Positions 12,158 to 24,962 are shown, counted from the stretch's first letter. The stretch: 64,000 bases of DNA from Neoechinorhynchus agilis (GCA_051530055.1 CM121342.1:7696691-7760690); one strand, 5' to 3'. Notes: a model not told the origin generated them from the letters alone. Program-made: numbers and translations.

Positions 12158-12812
12158 CGTAACGTCCGTTCCTTACAACTAAAAGCAAATCCACGTACGT
12201 CTCGTGCATTAGAGAAACAACAACAAAGCGACGTCCGCCTTCAACAACTAAACGTGAGTACCGCCTGCGTTGTCATTGTACAAAGACTGCGATACGCCCC
12301 TTTGTCAATCCCTGTTAGAAAGATCTCATTCGTCGCGAAAGTAAAATAAACAATAACGTCTTAACGTCCGTTCCTTACAACTAAAAGCAAATCCACGTAC
12401 GTCTCGTGCATTAGAGAAACAACAACAAAGCGACGTCCGCCTTCAACAACTAAACGTGAGAGTACCGCTTGCGTTGTTATTGTACAAAGACTGCGATACG
12501 CCTTTTTATCAAGCCAAGTGAGAAAGATCTCATTCGTCGCGAAGGTAAAATAAACAATAACGTCTTAACGTCCGTTCCTTACAACTAAAAGCAAATCCAC
12601 GTACGTCTCGTGCATTAGAGAAACAACAACAACAAAGCGACGTCCGACTTCAACAACTAAACGTGAGTACCGCCTGCGTTGTCATTGTACAAAGACTGCG
12701 ATACGCCTTTTTATCAAGCCAAATGAGAAAGATTTCATTCGTCGCGAAAGTAAAATAAACAATAACGTCGTAACGTCCGTTCCTTACAACTAAAAGCAAA
12801 TCCACGTACGTC
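12158..12812. repeat. Outlier of the 204-bp satellite (~3.2 units)
   Basis: Near-identical to units of 27942-32189. Confidence 0.95.
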
Positions 12813-13252
12813 TTGAGCATTCTCGGTTCCATTGAAATAAGATTTAGTTGAATGACTAACAATAACCTTTAATTTTATTATCTTGAAGGTGTAGTATTGT
12901 AAGACTTGTCCAGTAATCGAAATCATTTTCGTCGATGAATTTTATTTGATTAAACACTGATGAAAATTTCTTTATATTTTCCTTTGTTTGTAAGTTTCCA
13001 GGTGGAATCGATTTCAATTGATTTCTCGTTATCTCGAGATTTTCAAGTCGAGGTGCTGCAACTAACAAGTTAGTGTCAAACGCTTTAGCTGATCCATCAG
13101 TGACAATAAATTCATATAATCTTGAATATTGGCCTTTATTTCTTAATAAATCGGTTACATTTGCGAGATAGGTAATATGGAGATAACGAAGATTTTTAAA
13201 CGATTCCATTTTGTCTACGGATTTTATTGGATTACCAACTATGTACAATTCT
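12813..13252 (-). pseudogene. Patchwork LRR gene fragment
   Basis: 12821-12864 is the LRR signal-peptide region; 12864-13252 is an internal C-type LRR segment (matches 40845-41231). The two pieces are in non-native order. Confidence 0.9.
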
Positions 13253-15513
13253 TCAACAAATATTGCGAATATTCTTTGAGTATCAAAGGTCGAATTTTGC
13301 AATATTTTTTAACTCGACATTGCAAATGGTAGAATTGCTTGATTGTTTACGTGCAATCTTCAAAGCAAATTCCATTTTTATGAGTAAATTTCACCCAATA
13401 AAACCATGTAAAAGTAATTGCAAATCGATAGTTAACCTGTTTATTGCGGTCCTTTAATTCTTTATTAGTATTTCTTCTAAAATCTTCCAACGTTATTCAA
13501 GATACTTCTATTGGCCACAAATTGCGACGTAATTGAACCTCTTTTTGTCAAGTGCTTATAAAATAAAATTGCAAGTTGTCACGGTGCTGAGATGAATGGC
13601 AATTTGCCTTCATTTCGGTTTTTGGTTCAATTAAGAATATCGGCAATTTGGGATCCTACAGTGCTTGAATAAAAAGTACTTTTCATCATAACACCGAAGT
13701 CTTTAATTTAGGAGCTTGTTTTAAAAGATTAAATGTTTACTGAATTGTTTTTATAACTAAATCACAACAAATCTCGGATAATCAAAAGTTTTCAACAAGT
13801 TGGAAACAAAAAGTACACATTATAGGCAAAACCCATTAATAATATAACCATTAAGAGTCGAATGGGACTTAAAGAGAGGGTATTACAAATGAAATCGATT
13901 ATAACTAATGGCTTTAGATTTGTTCAGATTTTCATGATGCCTCAAAAGAAATGCAACGATAAAAGATGGAATAAAATAGAGCAGAAAAGTATCCAATACT
14001 TCAGCAGACCAATAAACAGAATAATCCTATGACGTGGTGGATTAATCAGCCGCTAAGATTAATCGAGCAAAACATTGAAATAAAATCACTGATTTTCAGT
14101 TCAGATCTCGAAATAAATAGTATGACAAATTTTTCCAACTTTGAAACATTGAAATTCTTGATGCAGCTTAAAAACACCAGTCGCATATTCATGGATTCTT
14201 ATTGGTAGAAATGCAATTATTATCTAGTAAATAATAATTTATCAATCAGCATTTTCCAGAAATTGTTTTTTAATTATATAATGATTACGTAATATAATTA
14301 TACCACAAAACGAAACCCTTTCTGAGACGGTCACAAAAGCGAAAAAGCTATATTGCCCAAAAATGAATAACGATCAAAACGAAGATGAGCTAATGCAATC
14401 CGACCAAGAGAGCAGAGATGGGTCGTCTTATTTTCTCAGACCTGAACACCCCGAGGACAATGAAACGCTGGCTCATTTGAACGAAAATATCCCTGTAGCT
14501 GCTGCGTTTTTCGAGAATAGCTTGGTGCGTGTTATCGGTGCAATGGGTCCCTACCAATTTTACGTTTGGCCATTGAACGAAGCTGAATATAATTCAAATT
14601 TTCTCTATGAAATGAATGATTATTATTCTAGTCCCGCTAACCAGAATGACAATGACCATGGATCAGGAGATGAAATGACTATTCACGTTGTAGCTTATGG
14701 AGGGCAATATTACCGAGCTCGCATTTTAATTCGACAATATCGTCTTTATACCGTTTATTTGGTCGATTTCGGTATTACGGCAATCGTAGAAGAATGTTTC
14801 ATATTTACCTGCGAACCGCAATTTGCATTAGTGCCGGATATGGCATATCCATGCAGTCTAGAAGATGGCCAGTCGCCCTCAACGGGTTCAATTTTCGATG
14901 AAATTCTTTTTCGAGCAATTGTTCTTGGAAACGTATTTGAAGCTCAACTTTTATATGTCGATACGTTCGAATGGACACGAATTATTGTAAAACTTTGGAG
15001 AGTTCAAAGAATCGGGTACGAGTTTATTAGGATTGCAAACGACCTGGAAGTGCAAGATCAACGAATACCAATTAGAGCGTTGCTATTGGATGTACAAAAT
15101 GTGATAAGGCTTCGCTATCCAAATCTCCTTTCGTAAGATGGACAACAGATAAACCGAAGGTATTATCTTCGGACAAGTGAAGAATAACTAGACGATTTTT
15201 TGACGATTAACATTTTAATATATTCCAAATTATTTTATTTAATAAATATTAACGAATTGTTTTGCAGATCAATGGATACCTTTCCTTTTAATAAAATGAA
15301 GCAGTATGTTAAGGAGTTGGTTAGCAACAGAAGGAATACATCCATCACATTCGTTTGAGTAAATGTACAAATATTGATAAATTTATACAAATATTTAACA
15401 TATTTGGTTCCTTGTACGACCGCTCGATACACAATTATTTGGGAATAATTATTTTTATATTGCCTGAAAGATATTGTTTAGTATTTACGTTCCCAAATAA
15501 ATAAATTATTCTA
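13252..15513 (+). repeat. ~2.26-kb segmental duplication of 36698-38959 (spacer plus Tudor gene)
   Basis: Near-identical along its length by eye; the two 257-aa ORFs differ by one residue (Q/M). Confidence 0.95.
14363..15136 (+). CDS. Intronless single extended-Tudor-domain protein (257 aa)
   Basis: GGQYYRARIL..YTVYLVDFGITAIV..F..VPDMAYPCSL matches the Tudor consensus (WYRA..V.V.FVDYGN..LP.QA..C.L). Confidence 0.85.
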   Translation: MNNDQNEDELMQSDQESRDGSSYFLRPEHPEDNETLAHLNENIPVAAAFFENSLVRVIGAMGPYQFYVWPLNEAEYNSNFLYEMNDYYSSPANQNDNDHGSGDEMTIHVVAYGGQYYRARILIRQYRLYTVYLVDFGITAIVEECFIFTCEPQFALVPDMAYPCSLEDGQSPSTGSIFDEILFRAIVLGNVFEAQLLYVDTFEWTRIIVKLWRVQRIGYEFIRIANDLEVQDQRIPIRALLLDVQNVIRLRYPNLLS

Positions 15514-16752
15514 CGAGAATCAATGCCGAGCGGATGTATGATATATTGTTCAACCAATTTGGATTCCATAAAGTGGCTTGCCTCACTTCGTGCAATTTGG
15601 CTGCTTTAAGATACATGGCCGTGGATAATTGTGGAACTAATGATTGTGTCGTTGTAAAACAATGGTTCTCCTCTTTAGTCGGAATTTCAAATTTATCTTT
15701 TTTTTTGAAATTCGAATTTTTCGTGCGAACAATCACCATTTTTTTCCTTGATTCAATAAACTTTTCTAGCAGCGAACCACAAAAATTTATACTAAACGTT
15801 TAAGCTCTTTACTGAATGAATTTTTAGGCTTCATTTTTAAGCGTTAGAAACCGCTGAACTTACTGAAGTTTGGGTAAATACAATTAATTTTTTTATTTTC
15901 TTAGTGAAATGTCTTCATCAGTGAATATTCTTCATTATCTTCCTTGTGATTCTTTATTTATAGAATTCATTAAAGAACAAATAAGACACAGAACGTTTTT
16001 CCTACTTATTCATCTGGATAAATTTTTATCATTAAAATTGTATATGATTTGTTTGCACGGCAAATTTTTTTGCCGTAATAATGGTGAGCCAAATATATTC
16101 AAATTTTTTTATTAAGATTATTTATAAGTCCTCAATTTCATTTCGTCAATTGGACCTTTTAAAGGAAACATTTATTGTAAACGACATTAAAGAAAAGTCA
16201 TGTTTTGTCGCCTTGGACTTTAAAAATACAGCCAATTCGATTGACGACGATCAACTGATTAAAGTTTACAATATTCCGGATTTTATTACCCAATGCGAAG
16301 GTACATTGGAAGATTATGACGAAGAGGACAAAGATGGCAAGCGTCAAAAAGTCGTTCTGGACGTTGAACGATACACGATTCCCGAATTTTTGTTTCAGCC
16401 TTCGCTTATCGATATTGATCAAGCTGGAATCGCTGAGAGCACTGTTAATTGCATTAATCGATGTCCAGAAGATAAACGGCGCATCTTATTCGCAAATATT
16501 GTCCTGATTGGCGGGAACGCTAAGATTCCCGGTCTAATAGATCGTTTTGTTAAAGATCTTCGAGGTTTATGTCAAAGTCAATATACTGTCTGCGTGTTCA
16601 AACCGCAAGATCCCGATGAATACGCTTGGCATGGAGGTAAAATATTGACTGATCAAGAATTTCTGAAAAACCCAAAAGTTTTTGTTCGCAAAGATGATTA
16701 TTTGCGGTTGAGTTCTCGTGTTTTTAACGCTGAATGCTTTAATAAAATTTAA
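15505..16752 (+). pseudogene. ACTR6: ARP6 3' half, lacking its N-terminus; one conserved segment not found
   Basis: 15505-15655: STRINAERMYDILFNQFGFHKV..NLAALRY..DCVVV. 16120-16752: ISFRQLDLLKETFIVNDIKE..CFVA..ERYTIPEFLFQPS..NIVLIGGN..YAWHGGK. These follow ARP6 order and motifs. Confidence 0.9.
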
Positions 16753-17430
16753 GATAGTCTGGAACTACATGCCTTTTCTTTTCACTGACATTCATCAAGT
16801 GAAAAAACAATTAAAGGTTTCTCTATTCCAGTTATTTTCAACCTTGGGTTTGTTGGAATCGTTCGTATTACTAATTTCTTCATTAAAAATAGTTCATAGC
16901 AGCTTTCGACGGTACTTTTTGTACACTGAGAAACTCACTACACTTTAAGAAGCATTATCAAACATCCGAAAAGTGTTAAGCAAGGTTCTATAGTTCCGTG
17001 AAGAGATTTCAACTATTGTTCAGTCTGCCTTCACCACTCTCTAATAAACAGAATTTTCATAATGCAGCTCGTTTATTTGGCTGACTTTTTTTTGCTGAAG
17101 TCAAAGCTATGAATCTCAACCTACAAGGCAACAAAGTGTTGCCGATTTCATTTACAAGTTAACGTTGTACGAGTAGTTTGTAAAAAAAGCACCCCGTTAT
17201 GTTTGCAAAACTCCACTCTTTTTTGGAGGAGATGTGCCTACACTTGAATGGCATCCAAAAACACTTGTAAAACTATTTCCATGACTTTCTTCAGCCTAAG
17301 AAACACGTTTAGATGGTGACCGACTTTCACAATCTAAGAAAAGACATCGCGCACTGAAAACGGACATTCAGGAATGTGATCCAAAAGATATCGATATGTG
17401 CGAGGAGGTATCGGGGGGAAATGTGATTGG

Positions 17431-17520
17431 AATTATTGTTTAGAAGTCTTTACCCGCGGTAAATGATTATTTCGATTAAAAACGTTCTATGAACCTCGAA
17501 AGCGGTTCATCATCAGTTTG
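17431..17520 (-). mobile_element. PLE pLTR remnant with degenerate hammerhead
   Basis: First ~55 nt identical to the left arm at 5616; minus strand CAAA-CTGATGA-T-GAACC(GCTTTCGA)GGTTC..GAAC-GTTTT. Confidence 0.65.
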
Positions 17521-17618
17521 TTAGTAATAGTTGAGATAGATAAATCAAATATAACAAACGCATTTTCAAAACAATAAATTAAAAAATATTACATATTAAT
17601 CATTAAAATTTAATAGCA

Positions 17619-18419
17619 TCAATCGTCGTTATCGGTTGGATATCGATGACGGTGACGACGATTCCTAATCATGCTTGTCAACAAGCGATCTTGATCCTGT
17701 TGCGGTAGCAAGTTTATTGCAGTCCATAGCAAATCACAAATGGGTACTCGTCGAGATTCTTCTACCCGCTGTTGGTTGGCGTTTTTGATTAAGTCATAAC
17801 CCTCTTCCAGTACTCTCCAAAGTCTTACAACAGTTTGTGTCCATTGGAATGTATCGACATATAGAAGCTGGGCTTCGAATACATTTCCAAGAACAACATT
17901 TTGAAAAGTAGTTTCATCGCAGCTTATATCCGTGGGCAGCTGATCTTCTGTTAGGCTGCATAGATATGCCATATCCTGCATGGATGCAAATCGCGGTTCG
18001 CATATAAATATGGAACTTTCGTCTATGATCAAGTAACGACCAAAGTCGAACAAATAAACTGCCACCATCTTTGCGATATTAAAAAGGACTCGAGCTCTAA
18101 AGTACAGTCCACCATAATTGACTATGTAAGTTGTCGCAAAATTTTTACATTCTCTTTGAACATTGATCCGATTGCTTTGATTTGAATAATAATCATTTAT
18201 TTCATATAGCAATTCCCAGTTGGATTTAGTATGGTTCAATGGCCAAACGTAGAATCGGTAAGGACTTTCTGTTCGGACAACACGGACCATGCTGTTCTCG
18301 AAAAACGCAGCAGCGTCAGGAAGATTAGCGTTCAAATGAGCCAGCGTTTCATTGTCTTCGGGGTGTTCGGGCCTGAGAAAATAGGACGACCGATCTCTGC
18401 TCTCTTGGTCGGTATGCAT
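17619..18419 (-). CDS. Diverged intronless Tudor-domain paralog (266 aa)
   Basis: Shares the N-terminus DQESRD.SSYFLRPEHPEDNETLAHLN and the Tudor core GGLYFRARVL..VYLFDFG with 14363/37809; different C-terminus. Confidence 0.85.
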   Translation of the reverse strand: MHTDQESRDRSSYFLRPEHPEDNETLAHLNANLPDAAAFFENSMVRVVRTESPYRFYVWPLNHTKSNWELLYEINDYYSNQSNRINVQRECKNFATTYIVNYGGLYFRARVLFNIAKMVAVYLFDFGRYLIIDESSIFICEPRFASMQDMAYLCSLTEDQLPTDISCDETTFQNVVLGNVFEAQLLYVDTFQWTQTVVRLWRVLEEGYDLIKNANQQRVEESRRVPICDLLWTAINLLPQQDQDRLLTSMIRNRRHRHRYPTDNDD

Positions 18420-19429
18420 TAAGAACGATTTTTCGTCTTTGTTACCATCTCAAGAAGGGTGACCGTTGTGAAGTATAATTAGTTTACGTAATCATTATAT
18501 AATTCAAAATAAATACGTGAGAAGTGCTTATGTATTTACTAAATAATAAATACACTTCTACCAATAAGAATCTTCGAATAAGCGATTCGTGTTCACAAAT
18601 TTGGAATGGAAATTATTCAGGAGCTCCAAAATGAGACATTTTCACACCACTTTATGCATTAATAAAAACATTGCTATTTTTGAATGTTAGAAATTGACAG
18701 AATTTTTCGACATGGTTACAATACACAAATTTTTGCAGAAAAATTGTAAAGGCAAATTTAAATATATTTAAAACAGTTACTGGACTTCAAACTCTTTGTT
18801 CATGAGTTAGAACCTCTATGTTGCAAGAAAACGCTTTCTTCGTAAGATTGGTGGCGAAATAAACACTATGATTACTTTGTTTAAACAATTTGAATCGTAA
18901 ATCGTTCCCCTAAATTTTTTTGACTCGAGCAACCAAATTTAATTTTAGACATTCGCTTTCGAATATATTGATCGATGAAAAAATATTAACTATACAACCG
19001 GACCTGATATTGATGTTATTCGAGGTTGTAGAATTATGGCAACCTAGTTTAAATTGCGAGAAATTTCAAGCTGAAGTAATAAAATACCATTTGTGTTGAA
19101 AAAGTACATTCCTTTTACCTTCAGCAATATCGCCTATTGTGTCATTCAAATCGTCCAACTAAATCTGTTTTTTTTTCTTATCGCTTTTCGGGGCTATTGC
19201 TAAGTGCCAGTATCCGTTTATTTACATATTGATTTAATAATTCTGCTATCGTTTTGGGCCCGATCATACAAATCAATCAAAAGCTTCGAATGTCATAAGT
19301 CGGATTAAGAATTTCAAGGGTCGACAGCTTAAGCTACATTATTTCTAATTTTTTAAGGCGTCTAACTTTTATTATGCTTTCATATAAAATATTATTTCAA
19401 TTAGCGATATTCACTCAGAAATAGATTTA

Positions 19430-20885
19430 TATTGAAAATTTTCGGCCTTTTCGTTGGCCTTCTTCGGTCAGATCTACAATTTAAAAGAAACATTATCAAT
19501 TAGTTTATCCGGTGGGACTCATAGATTGAGTTTATTGTCAGCTTTGTTGCCAACAAAAGTACCTGTTTGCTGGATCATGATGGCTTCCATGGTCACTCTG
19601 TCGCGTCTTACGTCACTCCTCCCAAGAACTTCGACGCCGTCAAAATTGATCTCATGCCCATTGTCATTGATGTGGGACACTATTGCCGAGCTCACATCAG
19701 ACTTTTTGATAGCTGCTCTTCTGTGTTCAGCAATCCTTCTTTTTGGATTGTTCGTTTGTCCCACATATGACAGACTGCAATTCGAACATGGGATCTTATA
19801 GACACATCCAGCTGGAAGATCTTCATTCTTCGGTCCGAGTATTCCTTGGAGAGTCCTGCCCTTCCTACTATACGTAGTGAACACTTTGTCCTTATCGATT
19901 CGTCTTATCGGGGTTTATATTTTAGAGTTCCATTGATCACTGATGAATGGCGTCTCGATAAATTGCTTCTTTTCCTCCTGATTGTCTGTTCTCATCACAC
20001 GAACATATCGAGCTGCCTTCATACATTTCTCAATGTACATCCTTGAGTAACCACTCACTTTTAGTTTGTTGTAGATCCAATTTAATTCATATTTCAGTAG
20101 TACCTCATCCGAACAGTACCGAAATGCTCTGATGTACATCGACCTGGCTCTTGCCGATTTGTATCTGATCGGTTGTGCAGAGATCCATGGGATCACCATA
20201 TGTGGAACCCCTTGCTTCCTTTAAACCAACGTCATGAAACCATTGCCCGGAATGAGTGTTACTCGTACGTCCAAAAAAGGTAAATTACCATTTTCCTCCT
20301 CTTCCATTGTCCATTTTATATTTTGGTGGCAGCTATTTAGCTCTTTGACAAGTTGTATCGGTGAACTCCTATTGGGATCTAGGATAATGAACGTATCATC
20401 CACATATCTTAGCCAGAGATTCACACCATTCAACTTAGACAAATATTTATCCTCCCATGTTCTCATATATAGCTCCGCCAATACTGGGGACAATGGACTT
20501 CCCATCACCATCCCGTCCACCTGGTCAAAATTTTCATTTTCAAACAGAAAGTTTGAATATTATGTACAAAATTGAGGAAGCTGACGCCACTTAACAGCTG
20601 AGATCTTCCATTCTGAACAGTTTTTAACCAACAAGTTTGTGGCTAGCTCAATTACCTCTTTCACCGGTATCTTAGTAAATAAGGACGTTACATCTGCAGA
20701 AACCATGAGACCAGATTCGTTTGCATTCATCTTGTTCAATCGATCAATGAAATCTACTCCCGATTTAACCACATGATTTGATCGGGGTAGGAGCTGTTTA
20801 AGAAAACTCGCTAATTTCCTCGATAACTTATAATTATAAGAAGAGTGTGCAGCGATGATGGTTTGCTTGAAATTTTTCAGTCACT
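19430..20885 (-). mobile_element. 5'-truncated Penelope-like element (RT, GIY-YIG, pLTR hammerhead) with a few stops/frameshifts
   Basis: ADVTSLFTKIP, GMVMGSPLSPVLA, WLRYVDDTF, LPFLDV, GCVYKIPCSNCSLSYVGQT..RIAEH; hammerhead at 19433-19470. Confidence 0.95.
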
Positions 20886-21209
20886 GCAACAAAAAGAAAA
20901 AATCGGAAGAGTATTGAAACATCCTATTTACTTAATGTTGAATTGCATAAAAGGCATTCGATAATGAAATATCAACTTATTTTAATCACGATTTTGTCTA
21001 AATCAATTCGAACTATTTATTACATGCATGATCGATCTTCATTTATGCGAACGATATAGAAATCAAGATCGTCGATCCTGAGTGTAAAGATGAAATTTCT
21101 GTTATGTTTTTGCTATGATTTGCGGTGAGTCATTTCTTTGAGAACTTCAACATGTTTTACAAAGCAGATTTATTTTAGAAGCAGCAAAAACTTTTGTTAT
21201 CACACTCTC

Positions 21210-21650
21210 TTATTTTTTCCGTTTTTTTGAAAGACAACGTTGGTTAACGAACCAACCTTTGACAACTTTAAACGTAACTTTGAGACGTTCCGATATACTG
21301 TTCAATTCTTCTTTTGGCGGACTCTTGTTTACCTGATTAAAATAGGTGTAAAGAAACTCTTTTTGTTCCGCAGTGAATCTCGTCCGAGTTATCCTCCTGG
21401 GTTGCTTGTTTAACATGGGATAAGACGTCGGAGTTGGACAAAAAGTCGGTGTTCCCACCGATTGTTGTGTGTCTAAATTAACGGATTGAGATGTACTTAC
21501 GCAACCCTGGGTATAATAATCATGGTAGCACCAATCCACCGTATTTTTTTCATAATTTTGTTGACAGTTAAATTGGTACGATTGTTGGTATTGATAGCAA
21601 TATTCGCAGCCCATGCATTGTTGAACACCATTGAGTTGATACTGATTCAT
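21210..21650 (-). CDS. Divergent single-exon homeobox protein (146 aa)
   Basis: RRITRTRFTAEQKEFL..YF...P....L..ISERL.....VVKGWFVNQR retains R5, F8, L16, F20, W48, F49, N51, R53. Confidence 0.8.
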   Translation of the reverse strand: MNQYQLNGVQQCMGCEYCYQYQQSYQFNCQQNYEKNTVDWCYHDYYTQGCVSTSQSVNLDTQQSVGTPTFCPTPTSYPMLNKQPRRITRTRFTAEQKEFLYTYFNQVNKSPPKEELNSISERLKVTFKVVKGWFVNQRCLSKKRKK

Positions 21651-23221
21651 TTATAAAATTATCTAGCGCGATTCTGTTAGGAGTGACAATGAACCCTTCT
21701 TTTATCGGCAGCTCAAATTGTCGAAGCTCTTCGGTTCTCGATTCTAGCCGTGAAATCTGTTTTCGACATTCTGATTGGCTGAATAAAGTGCAATCTAACC
21801 AATATTAAAATTAAGGTCAATTCGATTTCCGGTGGAGGCAGTAGGGTGTAACTGAAGCGTTAATTATGTCCGAGTCTTAATAAAAGATTACTCATGGATA
21901 AATTGCTAAATGTATTGGAATTTGCATTCTATTTTACATTCTTCACAATAATTTTCATAAATAAAAATTAAAAAACCCTGTATTAGAAAATATCAAGCGT
22001 GATTTTTGTTATAAAATTATTAAAACATTTCGTTGAAAAATGATTCTAATATTTCACAAAAAGCGTGATTAATTTGCAAACGGATTATTGATTGAATCAC
22101 TTCCCGGATCCAAGATATCGGTTGGCTTTTTGCTTAAACGATAAAGCCGAGTAAGGGATGTTCCAACACTTAATTAATGTAGCCTGCTTGCCGAATTACA
22201 TAAGCGAATTAAAAAACATTTATATCCATAGAATAAGATGGAAATTTATCGTGATTATACAATAAGTTTCCGTCGCATTTTTATTGCATTGGAAAAATCA
22301 ATTTCTTGCAATGGTTTTGAAGTCATTTGATAATATTTGGACACAGTATAAAGCTCTTTATTTATTTATCTTCAATTCTTATCTCTGTGTTGACACGACA
22401 AAAACTTAAGTTAATAAAATATCAACGTTGAACTGAAATAGTTTAATACATTCAGCATTTACGTTTTAACTTATGTTAGATTTTTGTCCTTTTTACAATA
22501 TATCTACAAAAATGAATATCTATCTATTCGTATTTAGCTCTATCGAAAGTAGTTTAAACCGATGTCATTGGTAATATTTATCACCTAATTATCACCGCCA
22601 ATTTTAAGTTCCAATAAACTTTCCTCTGGCTCTATTTTTGGGTCGCAAAATCATTCGTTTCGACAGTGTGCTTAATGATTTAAAAAATTAATGTAAAACA
22701 ATTGCATTTAAACTTGAGTATATTACTTAATTTATCGTTTAAATTTTTGTACGTTTTATCGCTTAACCTGCGTTCTTAATTCTTAACGATATGCTGAGTA
22801 ATTATCACATTCCAATAATATTGTGGGATTCGTGAGAGGTTCCGTTGTATTGTCTTTAGATCATTGAACACTTTACAAACTCGTTGAAAGATGTTCATTA
22901 ACACTTTATTGGTTTGTTATCATCACTACTAAATAGGAGGAATGTTTTTGTACTTTATGATACACTCCCTTTTAAATCTGTGACATTTGGGAATTCAACT
23001 ATGAATTAAGGTTGCTTTTAAAGTTAAATTTGTATCAATATCTGTAAATATAGAACAGTTTTAGATTGCGATGAATCAAAAACTTAGCTTGGACGAATTC
23101 AGAAGGATTTTTGTGTAAGTGCAAACATTGTGTTCTGCTCTATATATTTAACGCTCCGCTGACCATGAAATTCTCATTATTCCTTAGCTTCTCGTCGAAC
23201 GCAACATCATAAATCAGCAAA

Positions 23222-23850
23222 TATGGATAAGCGAATCGACGATTCGAATGAGTCTAATTTCGATAAGCCGCGGGTTAGACGATGATACTCTTGCAAACCC
23301 TCATGTAGAATACCAAAGGATTTCCAGTTAAATAAAAATAAAAATGAAATTACAGCTATCATCCGCGAAGAAAAAATTTGGTTGGCCGAAGACGGTAAAA
23401 ATTTCTGCGATCAAAAAAGAAATTCCTAATGATCTTCACATGGCGGAATCAGAATTCGTAAAAGCTAAAGAGGATGGAACTTTTTAATTAAAGGATACAA
23501 AATATCCTGCTATTGAAGCAAAAGAATTGGTTCAACGAAGTGTTGTTAAAAAAAGCGAGATCCAAGAAAGAGAGTTTGAAAAGTTTAACAGTATCGACAA
23601 GTCATTACACAAATTGGACAATTGCAACCAGTGTTCCGAATTGATTGCATCCATTGCGAATTATCCATGGAGCAGTAAGAGTAAAGCTGCGAGCATTTTT
23701 TAGCGATAAAGCCACACAGACAGTCCAAGAACAAGAAATCGAAACAAATGAAAGGAGTGAATTTGAGCGAAGGTTTCATCCTTTTGAACAATCTCGTTGA
23801 ATTCTCGATTCTGACGTTCGAAAACCTATCACAGAACATTTAAGATTGAT
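23222..23850 (+). pseudogene. Coding-like relic of unknown family
   Basis: Long charged, protein-like stretches (e.g. AIEAKELVQRSVVKKSEIQEREFEKFNSIDKSLHKLDNCNQCSELIASI) interrupted by isolated stops and frameshifts; no motif recognised. Confidence 0.25.
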
Positions 23851-24590
23851 TCAAAAAGCGTGGTTTCGGACAGCATATCAGCAAAGTCGAATTAAAATGT
23901 GTATTTTTATACCTAAAGCGATCCTGTTTATCCATAGACAGACCCAACTGTCTGATATACAAACTCCTGTTCTCTCTTAACATTTTACCAGAACTGTTGC
24001 AGTGCTACACGAACTTTGAAACTCGAAAAATACCGTCGTTGGAAATTGCACATAAAAAATACAATAAAATTCGGCATTTATATCATTTAGAGCTCAGTCC
24101 GTAAATATAGATAGAGTCACAAAGAAGGTCTTGGATTATATCGATTGCAATATTAGAAAAAATTTTGACCTACAACGAACGAACCTTGTTGTTGGCGACA
24201 TGTGATCTTGCGACCGAACAAATTGTTAGTGATTTTAAAATATTAGCGAAAAAGATTTAAATTCGATCTTTCGTGATTTAATGAGTTTGCAGGTTGTGAT
24301 TTTCGTAATGTTTTCAGCTCGGCCAAATGAGCTCCAACAATTCGGTCGACAATATATAAGCAACACAGTGTTCTTATAATATTGATAAAGAATGCAAGGA
24401 AATCAGTGGAGTAAAATGTGAACCTTTTGATTTCAATCTGTTGCTTGCTCTTACCGTAAAATGAATACAACGATAAAACGTTTTAATAATACAATTCAAA
24501 CAATCTGTTTGAATTGATTTCGATATGAAAGCTGCGCGTACCGTAAAAGAAATCCAACGATAAAACGTTTTAATAATAGGATCATAAAAT

Positions 24591-24940
24591 TCAGTAATTA
24601 AAAGTTGCTTCAATTTTCATTCCTTCAACGATAATCTGTCCTAGCGATCTCATCATTGCGAAGCGATCAATATTAAAGTGTTGGACTAGATTGTTTGAAA
24701 CATTCAAGAAAACAAGATTCGACATTTTGATATCATACAGACTTCCCGGTATACTTCTAAGTTTGTTATCAGCAAGATTAAAAAATATAAGATTTTCCAA
24801 TCCGTCGAACGCATCGATGGGAAATGTACTGAGATCGTTTTGACTGAGATCGATAGCTTCCAACAGGCTAGCAGCTTCAAATGCTTTGGACTTTATATTG
24901 GTTATTATATTTGATTGGAGACTCAAATATTTAAGATTTA
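24591..24940 (-). pseudogene. Displaced 3' end of an LRR gene that complements copy D
   Basis: NLKYLSLQSN...KIEATFNY-stop; begins exactly where copy D is cut at 48803. Confidence 0.9.
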
Positions 24941-24962
24941 CAATTCAAACAATCTGTTTGAA

